Shown: positions 1 to 10,149, counted from the stretch's first letter. The stretch is 64,000 nt of DNA from an uncultured Planctomycetia bacterium (GCA_964629655.1 CAZVQU010000001.1:292056-356055); one strand, 5' to 3'. Numbers and translations: made by a program. Notes: generated by a model from the sequence alone, not told the origin.

Positions 1-761
1 CTTATGTTTAATATCGGTAATGCTTGTTCAAAATCTTCCGGCACTATCCTTATTCCTAATCTTAAACCCTTTGCTTGTTCTATTAAATTAGATATTACCT
101 TTTTCTCGGAAGGAATAGTGACAATTACCTCATCTATAAAGTATTTTTTAGCTACATGAAGAAAATCAGTTAATTTGCCTATTACCGGGGGCCCTTCCTT
201 TAACTTGCCCCCATTATCATCTAAGAAACCTATTGCCCGAAACCCCAGATAAGAATGCCTTTGTATCTCACCCCAGACTAATTTTCCTACCCTACCCACT
301 CCTACTATCAATACATTCCTATTGCGGTAACCTTGAGAAATAAGTCTCCTTAATAATAATCTTTTTATAACCCGCCAACTGGGTAAAAATATACAAAGAA
401 GGAAAAAACTTCTTAGGAAAATCTGGCGAGAAAAAAACTGATACTTAGCAAAAAATATTACTCCCGACATCAAAATACCTGTCCAAGAAATACTGATAAT
501 TGTCCGGGAGATTTCCTTGGGAATACTTAGACCTCTGTCAGTACTATAAAGCTCTCTTCTATTTAAGGAAATAATTAAAAATATAGCCCAAAGTATAAAT
601 ACAAAAGAATATTCCCGCAAATTAGGCAAATTAGCTTTGCCAATGAGAACATTTTGGAATAAATTGTAACGGGAAATATAGGCAAGAAAGAAACTTATTG
701 CTGTAAAAATTAGATCTATGAACACATAAAGGGAATAAACTCTCCGCACTGGTTTAATCAT
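1..761 (-). CDS. Initiating polyprenyl-phosphate sugar-1-phosphate transferase (WbaP/WcaJ/CpsE 'bacterial sugar transferase' family), N-terminal part. The CDS continues beyond the window start, so the C-terminal catalytic domain is outside.
   Basis: Not in the ORF track because it runs off the edge. A manual reverse-complement translation from the ATG at 761 gives MIKPVRRVYSLYVFIDLIFTAISFFLAYISRY..., with 4-5 predicted TM helices. These are followed by a Rossmann-like VLIVGVGRVGKLV ... IGFLDDN ... FIDEVIVTIP segment. That is the characteristic N-terminal membrane and CoA-binding-like region of long-form WbaP/ExoY-type priming transferases. No stop codon appears before position 1. Confidence 0.55.
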   Translation of the reverse strand, partial: MIKPVRRVYSLYVFIDLIFTAISFFLAYISRYNLFQNVLIGKANLPNLREYSFVFILWAIFLIISLNRRELYSTDRGLSIPKEISRTIISISWTGILMSGVIFFAKYQFFSRQIFLRSFFLLCIFLPSWRVIKRLLLRRLISQGYRNRNVLIVGVGRVGKLVWGEIQRHSYLGFRAIGFLDDNGGKLKEGPPVIGKLTDFLHVAKKYFIDEVIVTIPSEKKVISNLIEQAKGLRLGIRIVPEDFEQALPILNI

Positions 762-887
762 GATATAATAAAGATAATTCTAGCTATCCTCTCTCTCCCA
801 TGATACGGTCTACATATTATGCAGTGTACTATTTATCTTGAAAATACGCAAGGATTTCATTAACAAGTGAGATTTTTGAAAAGAGCT

Positions 888-1928
888 TTAAAATGCTTCG
901 TTTCTTGTCGACATTTTGGAAAGATATTCTGCAATATTGCCTGCCAACAAGCTATATCCCTTAGGACTATAATGGCTCACGAAATTAGTACCCAAAATAC
1001 CGTCTTCTCCCAATAATGATTTTTGAGAGATATAATTAATATCCTCGTCTGAACATAGCTTCTCTGTAAACTTAAGAAAAGAAGGGATATCACCTGGTAC
1101 AGCGGTTACAGCAAAAAAGACATTGTTTTCTTGACAAAATTGTTTCATACTCACTAAAGACTCCTTATATAATTCATATGCGAGTTTTAGTTCACTATCG
1201 GTTTTATCTCTTTTTGCAATATTTTTTGCATGGAAAAAACTGTATTTTCGTGGGAAATAGGCTTGATAAACATACCATAAATTTTTAGCTAGATGCGAGT
1301 GCCGTTTAAGAAATTTTTTTAGCCACCCATCATTAGATGTTATTATGCTATATCTTTTTTTTATATCAGCTATGTCCCCGCCAGGATCATTTGAAAAAAC
1401 TAAAACAATTACAATATCGGGATGATAAAGATGGTAAAACTTCTTTAATACCCTAGAGTAAATTCTGGTTGAGTATCCATTAACCCCGGTATTTATAACC
1501 TCCGATTCTATTCCCTTCTTCTCTAATATCTTCTCAAGCTGTTTAGGCCATGTTTGGAATAGCTTAACTCCAGCCCCGAAAGTCCACGAATCGCCAACAG
1601 CAAGAATTCTTTTTGTTCCTTCATCTGGGAAGTCGGTGAATTCGTGGTCACGTAGCCCCTGACTATTTGTTGAATAGAAAAGTTCGTGATCTTGTTTGTA
1701 GATACCTTCGAAATTATTTGTTAACTTATAGCCTAATTCATCATCCAGCATCGCAAAATTATCAAAATAATCTTCTGTGCTAATATATATTGGCTTAAAA
1801 AATGTGCAAAGAATCTCCAAAGAAACAATGGGAATAGTAATTACAAGCAATGTCATAGCAATATAAAGAGCTATTTTCTTCCTCACGGTCTTGTTTAAAT
1901 AAAAACTAACCTTATGAAAACTCTGCAT
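888..1928 (-). CDS. Membrane-anchored SGNH/GDSL-family hydrolase or acyl-esterase, likely for glycan O-acyl modification
   Basis: One N-terminal TM helix is followed by block I ILAVGDSWTFGAG (the GDS(W) nucleophile motif). There is a later SNDPGGD block, and a C-terminal FVSHYSPKGYSLLAGNIAEYL region resembling the SGNH block V (DxxH) region. Confidence 0.5.
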   Translation of the reverse strand: MQSFHKVSFYLNKTVRKKIALYIAMTLLVITIPIVSLEILCTFFKPIYISTEDYFDNFAMLDDELGYKLTNNFEGIYKQDHELFYSTNSQGLRDHEFTDFPDEGTKRILAVGDSWTFGAGVKLFQTWPKQLEKILEKKGIESEVINTGVNGYSTRIYSRVLKKFYHLYHPDIVIVLVFSNDPGGDIADIKKRYSIITSNDGWLKKFLKRHSHLAKNLWYVYQAYFPRKYSFFHAKNIAKRDKTDSELKLAYELYKESLVSMKQFCQENNVFFAVTAVPGDIPSFLKFTEKLCSDEDINYISQKSLLGEDGILGTNFVSHYSPKGYSLLAGNIAEYLSKMSTRNEAF

Positions 1929-1983
1929 AAATTACCTCTTTTGATATAAAGAAATGCTATTTGGGATGGTTTTACGAAAAAAC

Positions 1984-3069
1984 TTAATCATTGGAATAAC
2001 CAATGACTATCCTTAATACGGTATCTGAAGCACAAGGAGCTAAATATTCCCGGGGAGGGTTCCAACAACAGTCTTTACCTGTTACTAACTTCACAGCTTC
2101 AAAAATCCGCTGTGACTCTACTCCGCTTAAGATATTACTTCCGCACTCAATAGTCTCCGGACGCTCAGTAACATCACGAATTGTTACGTTGGGAACTTTA
2201 AAAATGCAACATTCTTCCTGAACTGTGCCGCTGTCGCTTAAAACACAAAAAGCGTTTCTTTCTAAGGTGATAAAATCAAGAAAACCCAAAGGTTCCAAAA
2301 AAGTTATTTTTTCTTTAACGGTCTTTAACCCAAAACTTTCAACTTTATCTCTAGTCCTGGGATGCAAACTACAGATAACAGGCATCTTGTAATATTTCTG
2401 AATTTTGCTTATCCCCTTAAACAAATTCACCAGTCTTTTCTTATCGTCAACATTCTCAGCTCTATGCGCTGTCAGCAAAAAATATTCCTTTTTATTTACT
2501 TTATACTTATCTAAAACTTTACGATTATTTATGGACTGGCAATAGTGTTGGATTACTTCATAGATAGGGTTGCCAATAACAAAGATATGAGAATTTTCTA
2601 TTCCTTCACGAATAAGGTTTTCTTTGCTCCGGCTTGTATAAGGCATCAGAATGCTGCTACTATGATCGATAACCCTACGGTTTATCTCTTCAGGAACACG
2701 ATCGTCATAACAGCGATTTCCTGCCTCCAGGTGATATACGGGAATCCCCAGACGCCTGGCAATAATACTAAGGAGGCCGCTATTAGTATCTCCCAAGATA
2801 AGAACTCGGTCGGGTTTTTCTTTGCGTAAAACTTTTTCTCCCTCAATAAACATCTTGCCTATTTGCTCTCCGAAGGCAGCTGCCTTGACTCCTAAAAAAT
2901 AATCCGGCTTTCTTAGTTTAAGTTGTTGGAAAAAAATATCGTTTAGGTTCAGATCAAAATTTTGCCCGGTATGAACAAGTATATGCTCAGATACCTTATC
3001 GAGCTTAGGAATAATACAGCTTAAGCGTATTATTTCTGGGCGTGTTCCTAATATAGTCAGAATTTTCAT
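1984..3069 (-). CDS. UDP-N-acetylglucosamine 2-epimerase, non-hydrolysing (WecB/FnlC/Cap5G-like)
   Basis: MKILTILGTRPEIIRL..., HLEAGNRCYDDRVPEEINRRVIDHSSS and the GT-B-like C-terminal half are typical of the Epimerase_2 family. It overlaps the upstream dehydratase gene by 4 nt (ATGA). Confidence 0.8.
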   Translation of the reverse strand: MKILTILGTRPEIIRLSCIIPKLDKVSEHILVHTGQNFDLNLNDIFFQQLKLRKPDYFLGVKAAAFGEQIGKMFIEGEKVLRKEKPDRVLILGDTNSGLLSIIARRLGIPVYHLEAGNRCYDDRVPEEINRRVIDHSSSILMPYTSRSKENLIREGIENSHIFVIGNPIYEVIQHYCQSINNRKVLDKYKVNKKEYFLLTAHRAENVDDKKRLVNLFKGISKIQKYYKMPVICSLHPRTRDKVESFGLKTVKEKITFLEPLGFLDFITLERNAFCVLSDSGTVQEECCIFKVPNVTIRDVTERPETIECGSNILSGVESQRIFEAVKLVTGKDCCWNPPREYLAPCASDTVLRIVIGYSND

Positions 3070-4115
3070 AATGAAACGGAAGGTTGAGAATCCTCAATCA
3101 TTAACTTATTTTTCTGTAAAATGCTTCTTACTTCCTCTAGCGACACAACACTATCAGCTGAATTGTACTCTTTATTGAGGACTGGCTTTTCTTCTTCTTT
3201 CCTCAATTCAGGAATAATCGGTAAAATCACATAATAGTCTCCACGGCTGACTACCCTATGGCATTCTTCCTCGGAAATAAGAATTTCATGGACTTTTTCT
3301 CCCGGACGAATACCAATATCTTTCTTATCAATACTGCGGCTGCCGATTAGTATATCTGCTACATCACTAATTTTTGCCGAAGATACACGAGGAATATAAG
3401 TTTCACCTTTTCTAGCCTGACCCACTGCGGCAAAAATAACATCTACAGCCTTATCCAAATTCATGAGAAAACGCGTCATCTCAAAGGTAGTAATAGTTAC
3501 CGGTCCGCCTGACAAAATCTGGTCACGGAACAGAGGAATAACTGAACCTCTTGAAGCTAAAACATTCCCATACCTTACGCAAATAAAACGCGTTTGCGGA
3601 CAATTAATATTAGCTTGGATAAAAACGCGCTCTTGCAAAGCCTTAGTCATCCCCATTACGTTCACCGGCTTACAAGCTTTATCTGTAGAAACTCCCACTA
3701 CTGTTTCTATAGGTAAGTTATTCTCTTTAATCGCCCGAACAATATTTGCCGGGCCGATGATATTGGTCATCACCGCCTCATATGGAAAATACTCACAGGT
3801 CGGAACTTGCTTTAAGGCCGCGGCATTAAATACTATATCAATATCTCTAAATGCCGAGGCAACGCTATGAAAATCCCGGACATCGCCTATATAGAATTCC
3901 ACTAACTGATCAAAATTATGATAAATTATCTCATCAGTGGCGAACTTTCTCTGCTTATAAAACATACGCATCTGATGCTGCTTAGCCTCATCACGAGAAA
4001 AGATTACTATTTTCTTCGGCTTTCCCATCTTTCCCTCAAGAAGCCTGCGGGTTAAAATCTTTCCCAGAGAACCTGTGCCACCGGCAATCAAAATTCTTTT
4101 ACCTTCAAAAATCAT
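3066..4115 (-). CDS. UDP-GlcNAc 4,6-dehydratase (5-epimerase), CapD/FnlA/PseB-type extended SDR
   Basis: The N-terminal KRILIAGGTGSLGKILTRRLL Rossmann motif, a YGxxK-type active-site region and a size of about 350 aa match the Polysacc_synt_2/CapD family. It sits between the RmlD-like reductase and the 2-epimerase, as in fnlABC/wbvBRD operons. Confidence 0.7.
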   Translation of the reverse strand: MIFEGKRILIAGGTGSLGKILTRRLLEGKMGKPKKIVIFSRDEAKQHQMRMFYKQRKFATDEIIYHNFDQLVEFYIGDVRDFHSVASAFRDIDIVFNAAALKQVPTCEYFPYEAVMTNIIGPANIVRAIKENNLPIETVVGVSTDKACKPVNVMGMTKALQERVFIQANINCPQTRFICVRYGNVLASRGSVIPLFRDQILSGGPVTITTFEMTRFLMNLDKAVDVIFAAVGQARKGETYIPRVSSAKISDVADILIGSRSIDKKDIGIRPGEKVHEILISEEECHRVVSRGDYYVILPIIPELRKEEEKPVLNKEYNSADSVVSLEEVRSILQKNKLMIEDSQPSVSL

Positions 4116-5011
4116 TTCTTTCTCCCTAATTGATCATAAAATGCTGAATCACTATACATATTAGTAATCATTTCTCTCCAAGAAAAAGGCTTGAAATTTG
4201 TTGCTTTTCGAAAACGTGTCGAATCTAAGCTGCAGTCACAGACAAATTTATCATAAGGTTCAATTTCAATATCCAGCTTGTATATTTCTTTTATAAGAGA
4301 CAATAAACTAAATTTATCAATTGGCTCGCTGGAAACATGATATAAACCTGATAGCTCCTTATGCTCCTTAATTACATTAAGGATAATATCACATAAGGCT
4401 TTAGTTGTAAACCCGCTAAAGACAGCCTTTGTATACCCTTTTACCTCCCCCTTTTTTTGAGATAAAAACCACTCCAATAAACTATGCTGTGAATTAAGCT
4501 CCCGGCCAATGATAGAAGTTCGCAAGGTTAAAGCTTTCGCAGAAACCACTTCTCCAAGAAATTTTGTCCTTCCATACAAATCCTCAGCATCTGAGGAGTC
4601 TTCTTCGATATATTGCCCTTTCTTTCCGGAAAAAACGCAATCAGTGCTGATATGAATCAGCCGGACACCCGACCTATTACAAATTTCCGCTAAACGATGA
4701 GGAAATAAAGCGTTAATTTCAATGGATTTCAAGAATTCGTTAGAAGCCGGTGATTGCTTAATAATTCCCACACAATTAAGAATAACCTGCGGCTTTACCC
4801 TATCTACAATCTCCTGAACGCTCTGAAAACAAGTTGCATCAACATTGTCAAGCGTCCGCTCCTGAACAAATAAATCATAATGTTTATAATAAGAAAACGG
4901 CCTACGAACAGTAATGTAAGTATCACAACTAGAACGAAACGTCTGCCAGGCCTTATGGCCTAACATTCCCGTACCGCCTAAAATCAATACTTTTACAGAC
5001 ATCTCATCCAC
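4112..5011 (-). CDS. RmlD-like sugar-nucleotide 4-keto reductase (FnlB/WbvR-type)
   Basis: VKVLILGGTGMLGHKA Rossmann motif, about 300 aa, RmlD substrate-binding-domain-like layout. It has a 4-nt overlap with the downstream gene. Confidence 0.6.
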   Translation of the reverse strand: MDEMSVKVLILGGTGMLGHKAWQTFRSSCDTYITVRRPFSYYKHYDLFVQERTLDNVDATCFQSVQEIVDRVKPQVILNCVGIIKQSPASNEFLKSIEINALFPHRLAEICNRSGVRLIHISTDCVFSGKKGQYIEEDSSDAEDLYGRTKFLGEVVSAKALTLRTSIIGRELNSQHSLLEWFLSQKKGEVKGYTKAVFSGFTTKALCDIILNVIKEHKELSGLYHVSSEPIDKFSLLSLIKEIYKLDIEIEPYDKFVCDCSLDSTRFRKATNFKPFSWREMITNMYSDSAFYDQLGRKK

Positions 5012-5943
5012 TCCACATACTCTTTAAGCCCTTCTTTTATGGAAATCTTAGGCTCATATCCCAACACCCTCTTGGCAAGATCAACGTCAGCTAAGCTATG
5101 CTTTACTTCTCCCTTACGCTCAGGGTGATGGACAACCTCTTCTAAAATTCCTGCGACATCCTGCACTATAGAAGCAAGCGCGTTAACTGTTAGACTCACA
5201 CCGCTTCCTATATTAAATGCCCCTCTTAAACCCTGTTCTTTTGCCGCCAGCAGGTTAGCTCCGGCTATATCGGCCACATTAACAAAGTCACGGGTTTGCT
5301 CTCCGTCTCCGTATATTGTTAAAGGTTCTTTTTTAAATAACCGTGTTACAAAAATAGGTATCACATTTCCGTAAGCATCATAGCGCTGATTCGGACCGTA
5401 AACATTAAAATAACGCAAAGCCACAATATCTATATCGTAAATTTTGGATAAACATAAACAGTGTTTCTCAGCCGCTAATTTACTTACCCCATAAAAAGAA
5501 TCAGGCGCAACCGGATGATTTTCATCAATAGGCAATTTCTTGGGCTCACCGTAAATTGCTGCTGATGAAGAATAAACAATTTTTTTAACTCCTGATCTAC
5601 GCGCTGCCTCAAGGATATTAAGTGTCCCTAAAACATTAACATCTGAATCAAATAAAGGATCTTCTAAAGATTTAACATTACCGATATTTGCGGCAAGATG
5701 AAACACCACCTCAACCCCATTCATTGCTTCTGAGGCTGCCTGCTTGTCTCGGATATCGCCCCGGATAACTTTAACTTGAGGAAAAGGCTTTAGATTCTCT
5801 TCGTAGCCGGTTGAAAAATTATCTAAAACAGTAACCTCATAAGAATCCTGTAAAAGAAGCTTAACAATATTAGAACCAATAAACCCTGCCCCACCTGTAA
5901 CCAATGCTTTTTTCCCTTTATGGTGATTTTCGCGTTCTTGCAT
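4993..5943 (-). CDS. NAD-dependent sugar-nucleotide epimerase (GalE/WbpP/Gne-like UDP-hexose or UDP-HexNAc 4-epimerase)
   Basis: KKALVTGGAGFIGSNIVKLLL..., YGVSKLAAE (YxxxK catalytic pair), about 316 aa extended SDR. Confidence 0.65.
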   Translation of the reverse strand: MQERENHHKGKKALVTGGAGFIGSNIVKLLLQDSYEVTVLDNFSTGYEENLKPFPQVKVIRGDIRDKQAASEAMNGVEVVFHLAANIGNVKSLEDPLFDSDVNVLGTLNILEAARRSGVKKIVYSSSAAIYGEPKKLPIDENHPVAPDSFYGVSKLAAEKHCLCLSKIYDIDIVALRYFNVYGPNQRYDAYGNVIPIFVTRLFKKEPLTIYGDGEQTRDFVNVADIAGANLLAAKEQGLRGAFNIGSGVSLTVNALASIVQDVAGILEEVVHHPERKGEVKHSLADVDLAKRVLGYEPKISIKEGLKEYVEWMRCL

Positions 5944-5968
5944 TATACTTTTTAAACCTCCTTATTTT

Positions 5969-7354
5969 TTAACGGATACCGCTAGAATTTTCCTGAATAT
6001 ATCGCGCAAAATGTCTAGCAAAACGGTCTGAGCCTTGCAGATTCCAATGTCCATCATATACCAACCAATGTCGTTTTATTCCCTTAGGTGACAAACCGTT
6101 AAAAACTTTATACCCATCATAATACAACATATTAAAACGCTTGGCAATCGTCTCGTATTCCATTTGGTGTTCTGTTTTTTCGCGTTTCAGCAACCCCGGC
6201 CTCGAAGGAATGGTAACCAGAATAGTCTGCTTATTATAATCTTGACACCATTTTACTATATGTTCTAATTTCTTTATTTTCTCTTCAAAGAGACTTTTTG
6301 AGTTGCGTATCCGTTTCTCTGATTCTTTCCGCATAACTATTCCATCATGCCACAGTATAAATGAGTGTACAATGTATGAATCAATGGGATAAAGTCGAAA
6401 TATGCAGGCCGATTTAATAAAAGGGTTAATAAAATTATCCATCTCAGCATCATCCGCGATACTCCAGTAACAACGTATCTTATCAAAGTAATTAAGTTCA
6501 AAATCATTAACGTCTTTAGGCATAGTTGGAAAAGTTTTATAGCCACCGCCTTTTTCAGTCATGTGAAAAATTGCAAAATTCCGATACAAATTATCTACAA
6601 AACCAGCGAATATCACACCGTCAAATTCATAATCAGGTATAATTTCTTCAAAAAAGACTTTATGCCAATTAGCTAATCCTCCCCCATCTACTGCAAACGA
6701 ATAAAATTCATAAGCCGGTTGTTCATTCGAATTAAGAATTTTCTCAATCTGTTCAGGCCAAGGTGCTTCTAGAAAGAATGCCGTTGTGAAAGAATCTCCG
6801 AATACGATGTACCGAATCATATTAGAGGATGACTTTTTAAATGTATAGTCTTTGCTAGAAATCCATCCTTGTTTATTTATATGAAAACGTTGGTCGTATA
6901 TAACTTTCCCTTTAATTACTCTAGCAACACGAGCAGAATCTCCTACCCATCGATACCCTCGGATACTATCAAACTTAGCGCAAGGCCTATTGAACATTTT
7001 CCTTTGATAAGATGTTTTGCTAAAACACGTGTAGCAATACATGAAAGCTTCTATAGAAAGGTAGCCAAAATTCAAAACAGTTAGGAATGTTAATATATGA
7101 ATTACAACTTTTGAGCGAATTTTCAGAAAAAAAAGTAATAATGCTATGCTTATATAAAAAACTCCTGCTGCACCAACAATCCTGTGAGTCAAACGCACAC
7201 CAGAGTGCTTGAAACAAACGAATAGCCAAAAAGCTCCTAACAGCAAAAAAAGAAAAGCAAAAGCCCACCTTATTTTGATAGATAACCCATTCTCTTTGGG
7301 CACCTTTCTAGAAACTTGATCTTTTCCTTCTTGCTCACTTTTCTCTACTTTCAT
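5969..7354 (-). CDS. Membrane-anchored SGNH-like acyltransferase/esterase (AlgJ/AlgX/DltD-like)
   Basis: Two N-terminal TM helices, then IVFGDSFTTAFF (GDS motif) and a C-terminal LVYDGHWNLQGSDRFARHF region. The DxHW-like motif is characteristic of AlgJ/AlgX-type polysaccharide O-acetyltransferases. Confidence 0.4.
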   Translation of the reverse strand: MKVEKSEQEGKDQVSRKVPKENGLSIKIRWAFAFLFLLLGAFWLFVCFKHSGVRLTHRIVGAAGVFYISIALLLFFLKIRSKVVIHILTFLTVLNFGYLSIEAFMYCYTCFSKTSYQRKMFNRPCAKFDSIRGYRWVGDSARVARVIKGKVIYDQRFHINKQGWISSKDYTFKKSSSNMIRYIVFGDSFTTAFFLEAPWPEQIEKILNSNEQPAYEFYSFAVDGGGLANWHKVFFEEIIPDYEFDGVIFAGFVDNLYRNFAIFHMTEKGGGYKTFPTMPKDVNDFELNYFDKIRCYWSIADDAEMDNFINPFIKSACIFRLYPIDSYIVHSFILWHDGIVMRKESEKRIRNSKSLFEEKIKKLEHIVKWCQDYNKQTILVTIPSRPGLLKREKTEHQMEYETIAKRFNMLYYDGYKVFNGLSPKGIKRHWLVYDGHWNLQGSDRFARHFARYIQENSSGIR

Positions 7355-7410
7355 TCTTAGCTACTTCCTTTTACTAGCTTAGCGCGCACTATACACTATG
7401 TTCAACATTA

Positions 7411-8202
7411 TCAAAACGACTTTGAGCTGCAAGCGGATTCTTTGTCACCACATTTCCTTAAGAAAATCTCTTTTACCAAAAGGCCTAAAAATTTTATGTT
7501 AATAACTGTATACCTCTTCCACATCCTTTTAGGCTCCTGAATAAATCTATAAAACCACTCCAATCCCAGCTTGCTTACCCAAAAAGGCGCTAATTGACAT
7601 TTACCGGCAATAACGTCAACGCATCCTCCTACCCCAATACATACTGGCACATTCATTTTATCCAAGTTTTTTGAAACAAAGTTTTCTTTCAGCGGACTGC
7701 TCATTGCTACAAGAAGAATATCCGGTTTTTTTTCTTTTATATCATAAATAACATCTTTATCGTTCTCAAAATCAAAATACCCATGATGATAACCTACAAT
7801 ATTTATTCCGGGATATTGAGCCTTGAGATTTTTAACAGCTTTAAACAAAATATCTTCCTCTGCACCTAAAAAATAAAGGCGGTATGGTTTATTTTGCGCA
7901 ACTTTCAAAAAATCAAATACAAGCCGGGTAGCGTTTACAGGCTCTTTAACCGGTTTTCTGAATAATCGCGCCGCATAATAAAGAACAAAGCTATCCATGG
8001 TCAGCAAGTCAGCGCTATTATAAATCTCCCTTAATCTCTGACTTTCATTCGCCAGCACTACTAATTCTGCAGCTATCGTAGAGACCATATGTGGCTCTTT
8101 TATGCTAATAAAATGCTCTATTTTTTTAATAGCTTGGGCTGTTGTGCAATTATTAAATTTTAGCCCTAAAAAATCAAACCGTTTTTCTTTTAAACTATCC
8201 AT
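7411..8202 (-). CDS. WecG/TagA/CpsF-family glycosyltransferase (GT26)
   Basis: The FDFLGLKF..., YFLGAEEDILFKAV...INIVGYHHGYF pattern and a size of about 260 aa are typical of GT26 (UDP-ManNAc/ManNAcA transferase family). Confidence 0.75.
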   Translation of the reverse strand: MDSLKEKRFDFLGLKFNNCTTAQAIKKIEHFISIKEPHMVSTIAAELVVLANESQRLREIYNSADLLTMDSFVLYYAARLFRKPVKEPVNATRLVFDFLKVAQNKPYRLYFLGAEEDILFKAVKNLKAQYPGINIVGYHHGYFDFENDKDVIYDIKEKKPDILLVAMSSPLKENFVSKNLDKMNVPVCIGVGGCVDVIAGKCQLAPFWVSKLGLEWFYRFIQEPKRMWKRYTVINIKFLGLLVKEIFLRKCGDKESACSSKSF

Positions 8203-8212
8203 TTTCTGATAA

Positions 8213-9082
8213 CTAAATAATAAAAATTTTGTTTCTCAAGGCAGCCTTCCAGATAAGAAACCTCTCATAAATATAAACAAAATATTTAAGAAAACCGTAG
8301 ATCAAATCATAAGGGCCGCGGTAACTAACGACAAAAATCAATACAATCGGACAGAATATAATCAATAATCTCCGAGGATAAAAAATAAACCCCTTAAGCC
8401 GAGGATGCTTTTTGTGCCTTTTTATAAAATCAACCTCGTTTACTGTGCGCTTGGCCCGATTAAGCAATCCTTCAATACTTAAACGCTTTTTTTTATGAGC
8501 CACTAACATATCAGCAGAAAAGTAGATCTTACCAACCTTTAAAACCCTATAAGCTAAGTCTCTATCTTCATGAGAGTATTCAAAAACTGGGTCAAAATAA
8601 TTTACCCTTTCTAAAATATCTCTACGATAAACTACATTACAACTCATAAACTGGCCGTCAACAAACTGATGAGTATTACAATCAGAAACTGTAACTTCAC
8701 CCTCTGACTCATAGTAAGTTTTACCGCTTACCCCAACGTATTCCCCAGTTTCTAAGACCTTTAAACCCTCCTCTATCCAATGTTTATCGGGCGCGCAGTC
8801 ACCGTCAGTAAAAAATATATACTCTCCTTTAGCTTTGCTTATCCCTAAATTACGTAACCTAGCAAGTCCGCAAGATGAGCTTTCAAAGAAATACTTAATT
8901 CTTTGATCGGAAAAAGATTTAATAATGCTGCTCGTTTTATCGGTTGAGTTATTATCAATGATTATTAACTCAAACTCCTCATAACTTTGCCTGAGTAAGG
9001 AACCAAGGAGGCTCCTAATAAATCTTTCCTCATTCTTTACAACAATGACAACGCTAATTTTCATTTTCCTCCTTCGAAACAA
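8213..9082 (-). CDS. Family 2 glycosyltransferase (GT-A)
   Basis: KISVVIVVKNEERFIRSLLGSLLRQSY..FELIIIDNNSTD and a DGD-containing FFTDGDC block; hydrophobic C-terminus. Confidence 0.7.
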   Translation of the reverse strand: MFRRRKMKISVVIVVKNEERFIRSLLGSLLRQSYEEFELIIIDNNSTDKTSSIIKSFSDQRIKYFFESSSCGLARLRNLGISKAKGEYIFFTDGDCAPDKHWIEEGLKVLETGEYVGVSGKTYYESEGEVTVSDCNTHQFVDGQFMSCNVVYRRDILERVNYFDPVFEYSHEDRDLAYRVLKVGKIYFSADMLVAHKKKRLSIEGLLNRAKRTVNEVDFIKRHKKHPRLKGFIFYPRRLLIIFCPIVLIFVVSYRGPYDLIYGFLKYFVYIYERFLIWKAALRNKIFII

Positions 9083-10149
9083 AAATAAGCTTTAAGCAAA
9101 GCTGCAGGGTCCATCTTAATGCTTGTTTCTAAAAAACAGGCGTGTGTACAAGCACAATTTTTTATTTTCTCAAACATATCCTGAGCATTAGGAGAATTTA
9201 AAACTTTTTTTAAATCATAATCCGTACTTCGTATATTTCCCACGGCTTTAGTTAACTCACATAATTTTACATCGCCGTTCGGCTCTAAAACCGCTAGGGC
9301 ATTTCCGGCCTGGCATTTAAAAGGAAGCTGTCTGCCTTCAAGAACGCTAGAATAGACCATGTAGAGATACCTCATTTTATTGGTCACCAAAGAACCAAAA
9401 ATTTTATTACTCATTCTCTTTTTGTTCCAAAAAGAATAAAAAGGCATCAATTGTTCTGAAAGGTCTCGCCATTGTTTGGCCGAAGGGGCTGCTAAATCTT
9501 GATCGTAAGGTTTACCCCGCACCGGAGATGGCCCGTGACTGTCAACCGATAACTCATTCTTAATGAATTCAGCCAACATAATCATCTCATTTATATTTAT
9601 GTTATTAACTACTGATATTATATTTACAGTTAAATTATCAAATTTCTCCCTTAAAGGAGCCAGCCTCTCTGTGGTCTTTATGACTTTTTCAAAACTTCCC
9701 TGGACACCTTTAATTTTATCATGCGTCTTTGCAAATCCATCCAGAGGCAAAGAAAGGATGAGTTCAGTATTTGGGCATTTAGCCAATATTTTATCTACAT
9801 AATAGCTTATCTTATCAGAATAGAAACCATTTGTCGGAAGGTGAATAAGGTTAACTCCGTTTTTCCGACAGAATATCTCACATATTTCCGGCAAATCATC
9901 TCTTAAAAACGGCTCCCCCCCGGATAAAAGTAATTTGCTAAACCTACCGAGAGAAAAAGACACTTTGGCAATCTCGTCTATGGTTAGTTCCGCAACATTA
10001 TTCATTGTACTTGCGTTCATATAATCCACATAGAAACATGTCTTACATCTAAAATTACACCGGTATGTTACTGAAAATATCAATTCATCTAACTTGTTTT
10101 TATGATGATAATATCTGGAAAAAGACTGCAGTAATCTAGACAGCTTCAC
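9061..10149 (-). CDS. Radical SAM enzyme with C-terminal SPASM/twitch-like Cys-rich domain
   Basis: CNFRCKTC (CxxxCxxC) near the N-terminus, LLSGGEP glycine-rich SAM motif, and a C-terminal cysteine cluster (CQAG...C..., CACTHAC). Confidence 0.7.
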   Translation of the reverse strand: MKLSRLLQSFSRYYHHKNKLDELIFSVTYRCNFRCKTCFYVDYMNASTMNNVAELTIDEIAKVSFSLGRFSKLLLSGGEPFLRDDLPEICEIFCRKNGVNLIHLPTNGFYSDKISYYVDKILAKCPNTELILSLPLDGFAKTHDKIKGVQGSFEKVIKTTERLAPLREKFDNLTVNIISVVNNININEMIMLAEFIKNELSVDSHGPSPVRGKPYDQDLAAPSAKQWRDLSEQLMPFYSFWNKKRMSNKIFGSLVTNKMRYLYMVYSSVLEGRQLPFKCQAGNALAVLEPNGDVKLCELTKAVGNIRSTDYDLKKVLNSPNAQDMFEKIKNCACTHACFLETSIKMDPAALLKAYFCFEGGK

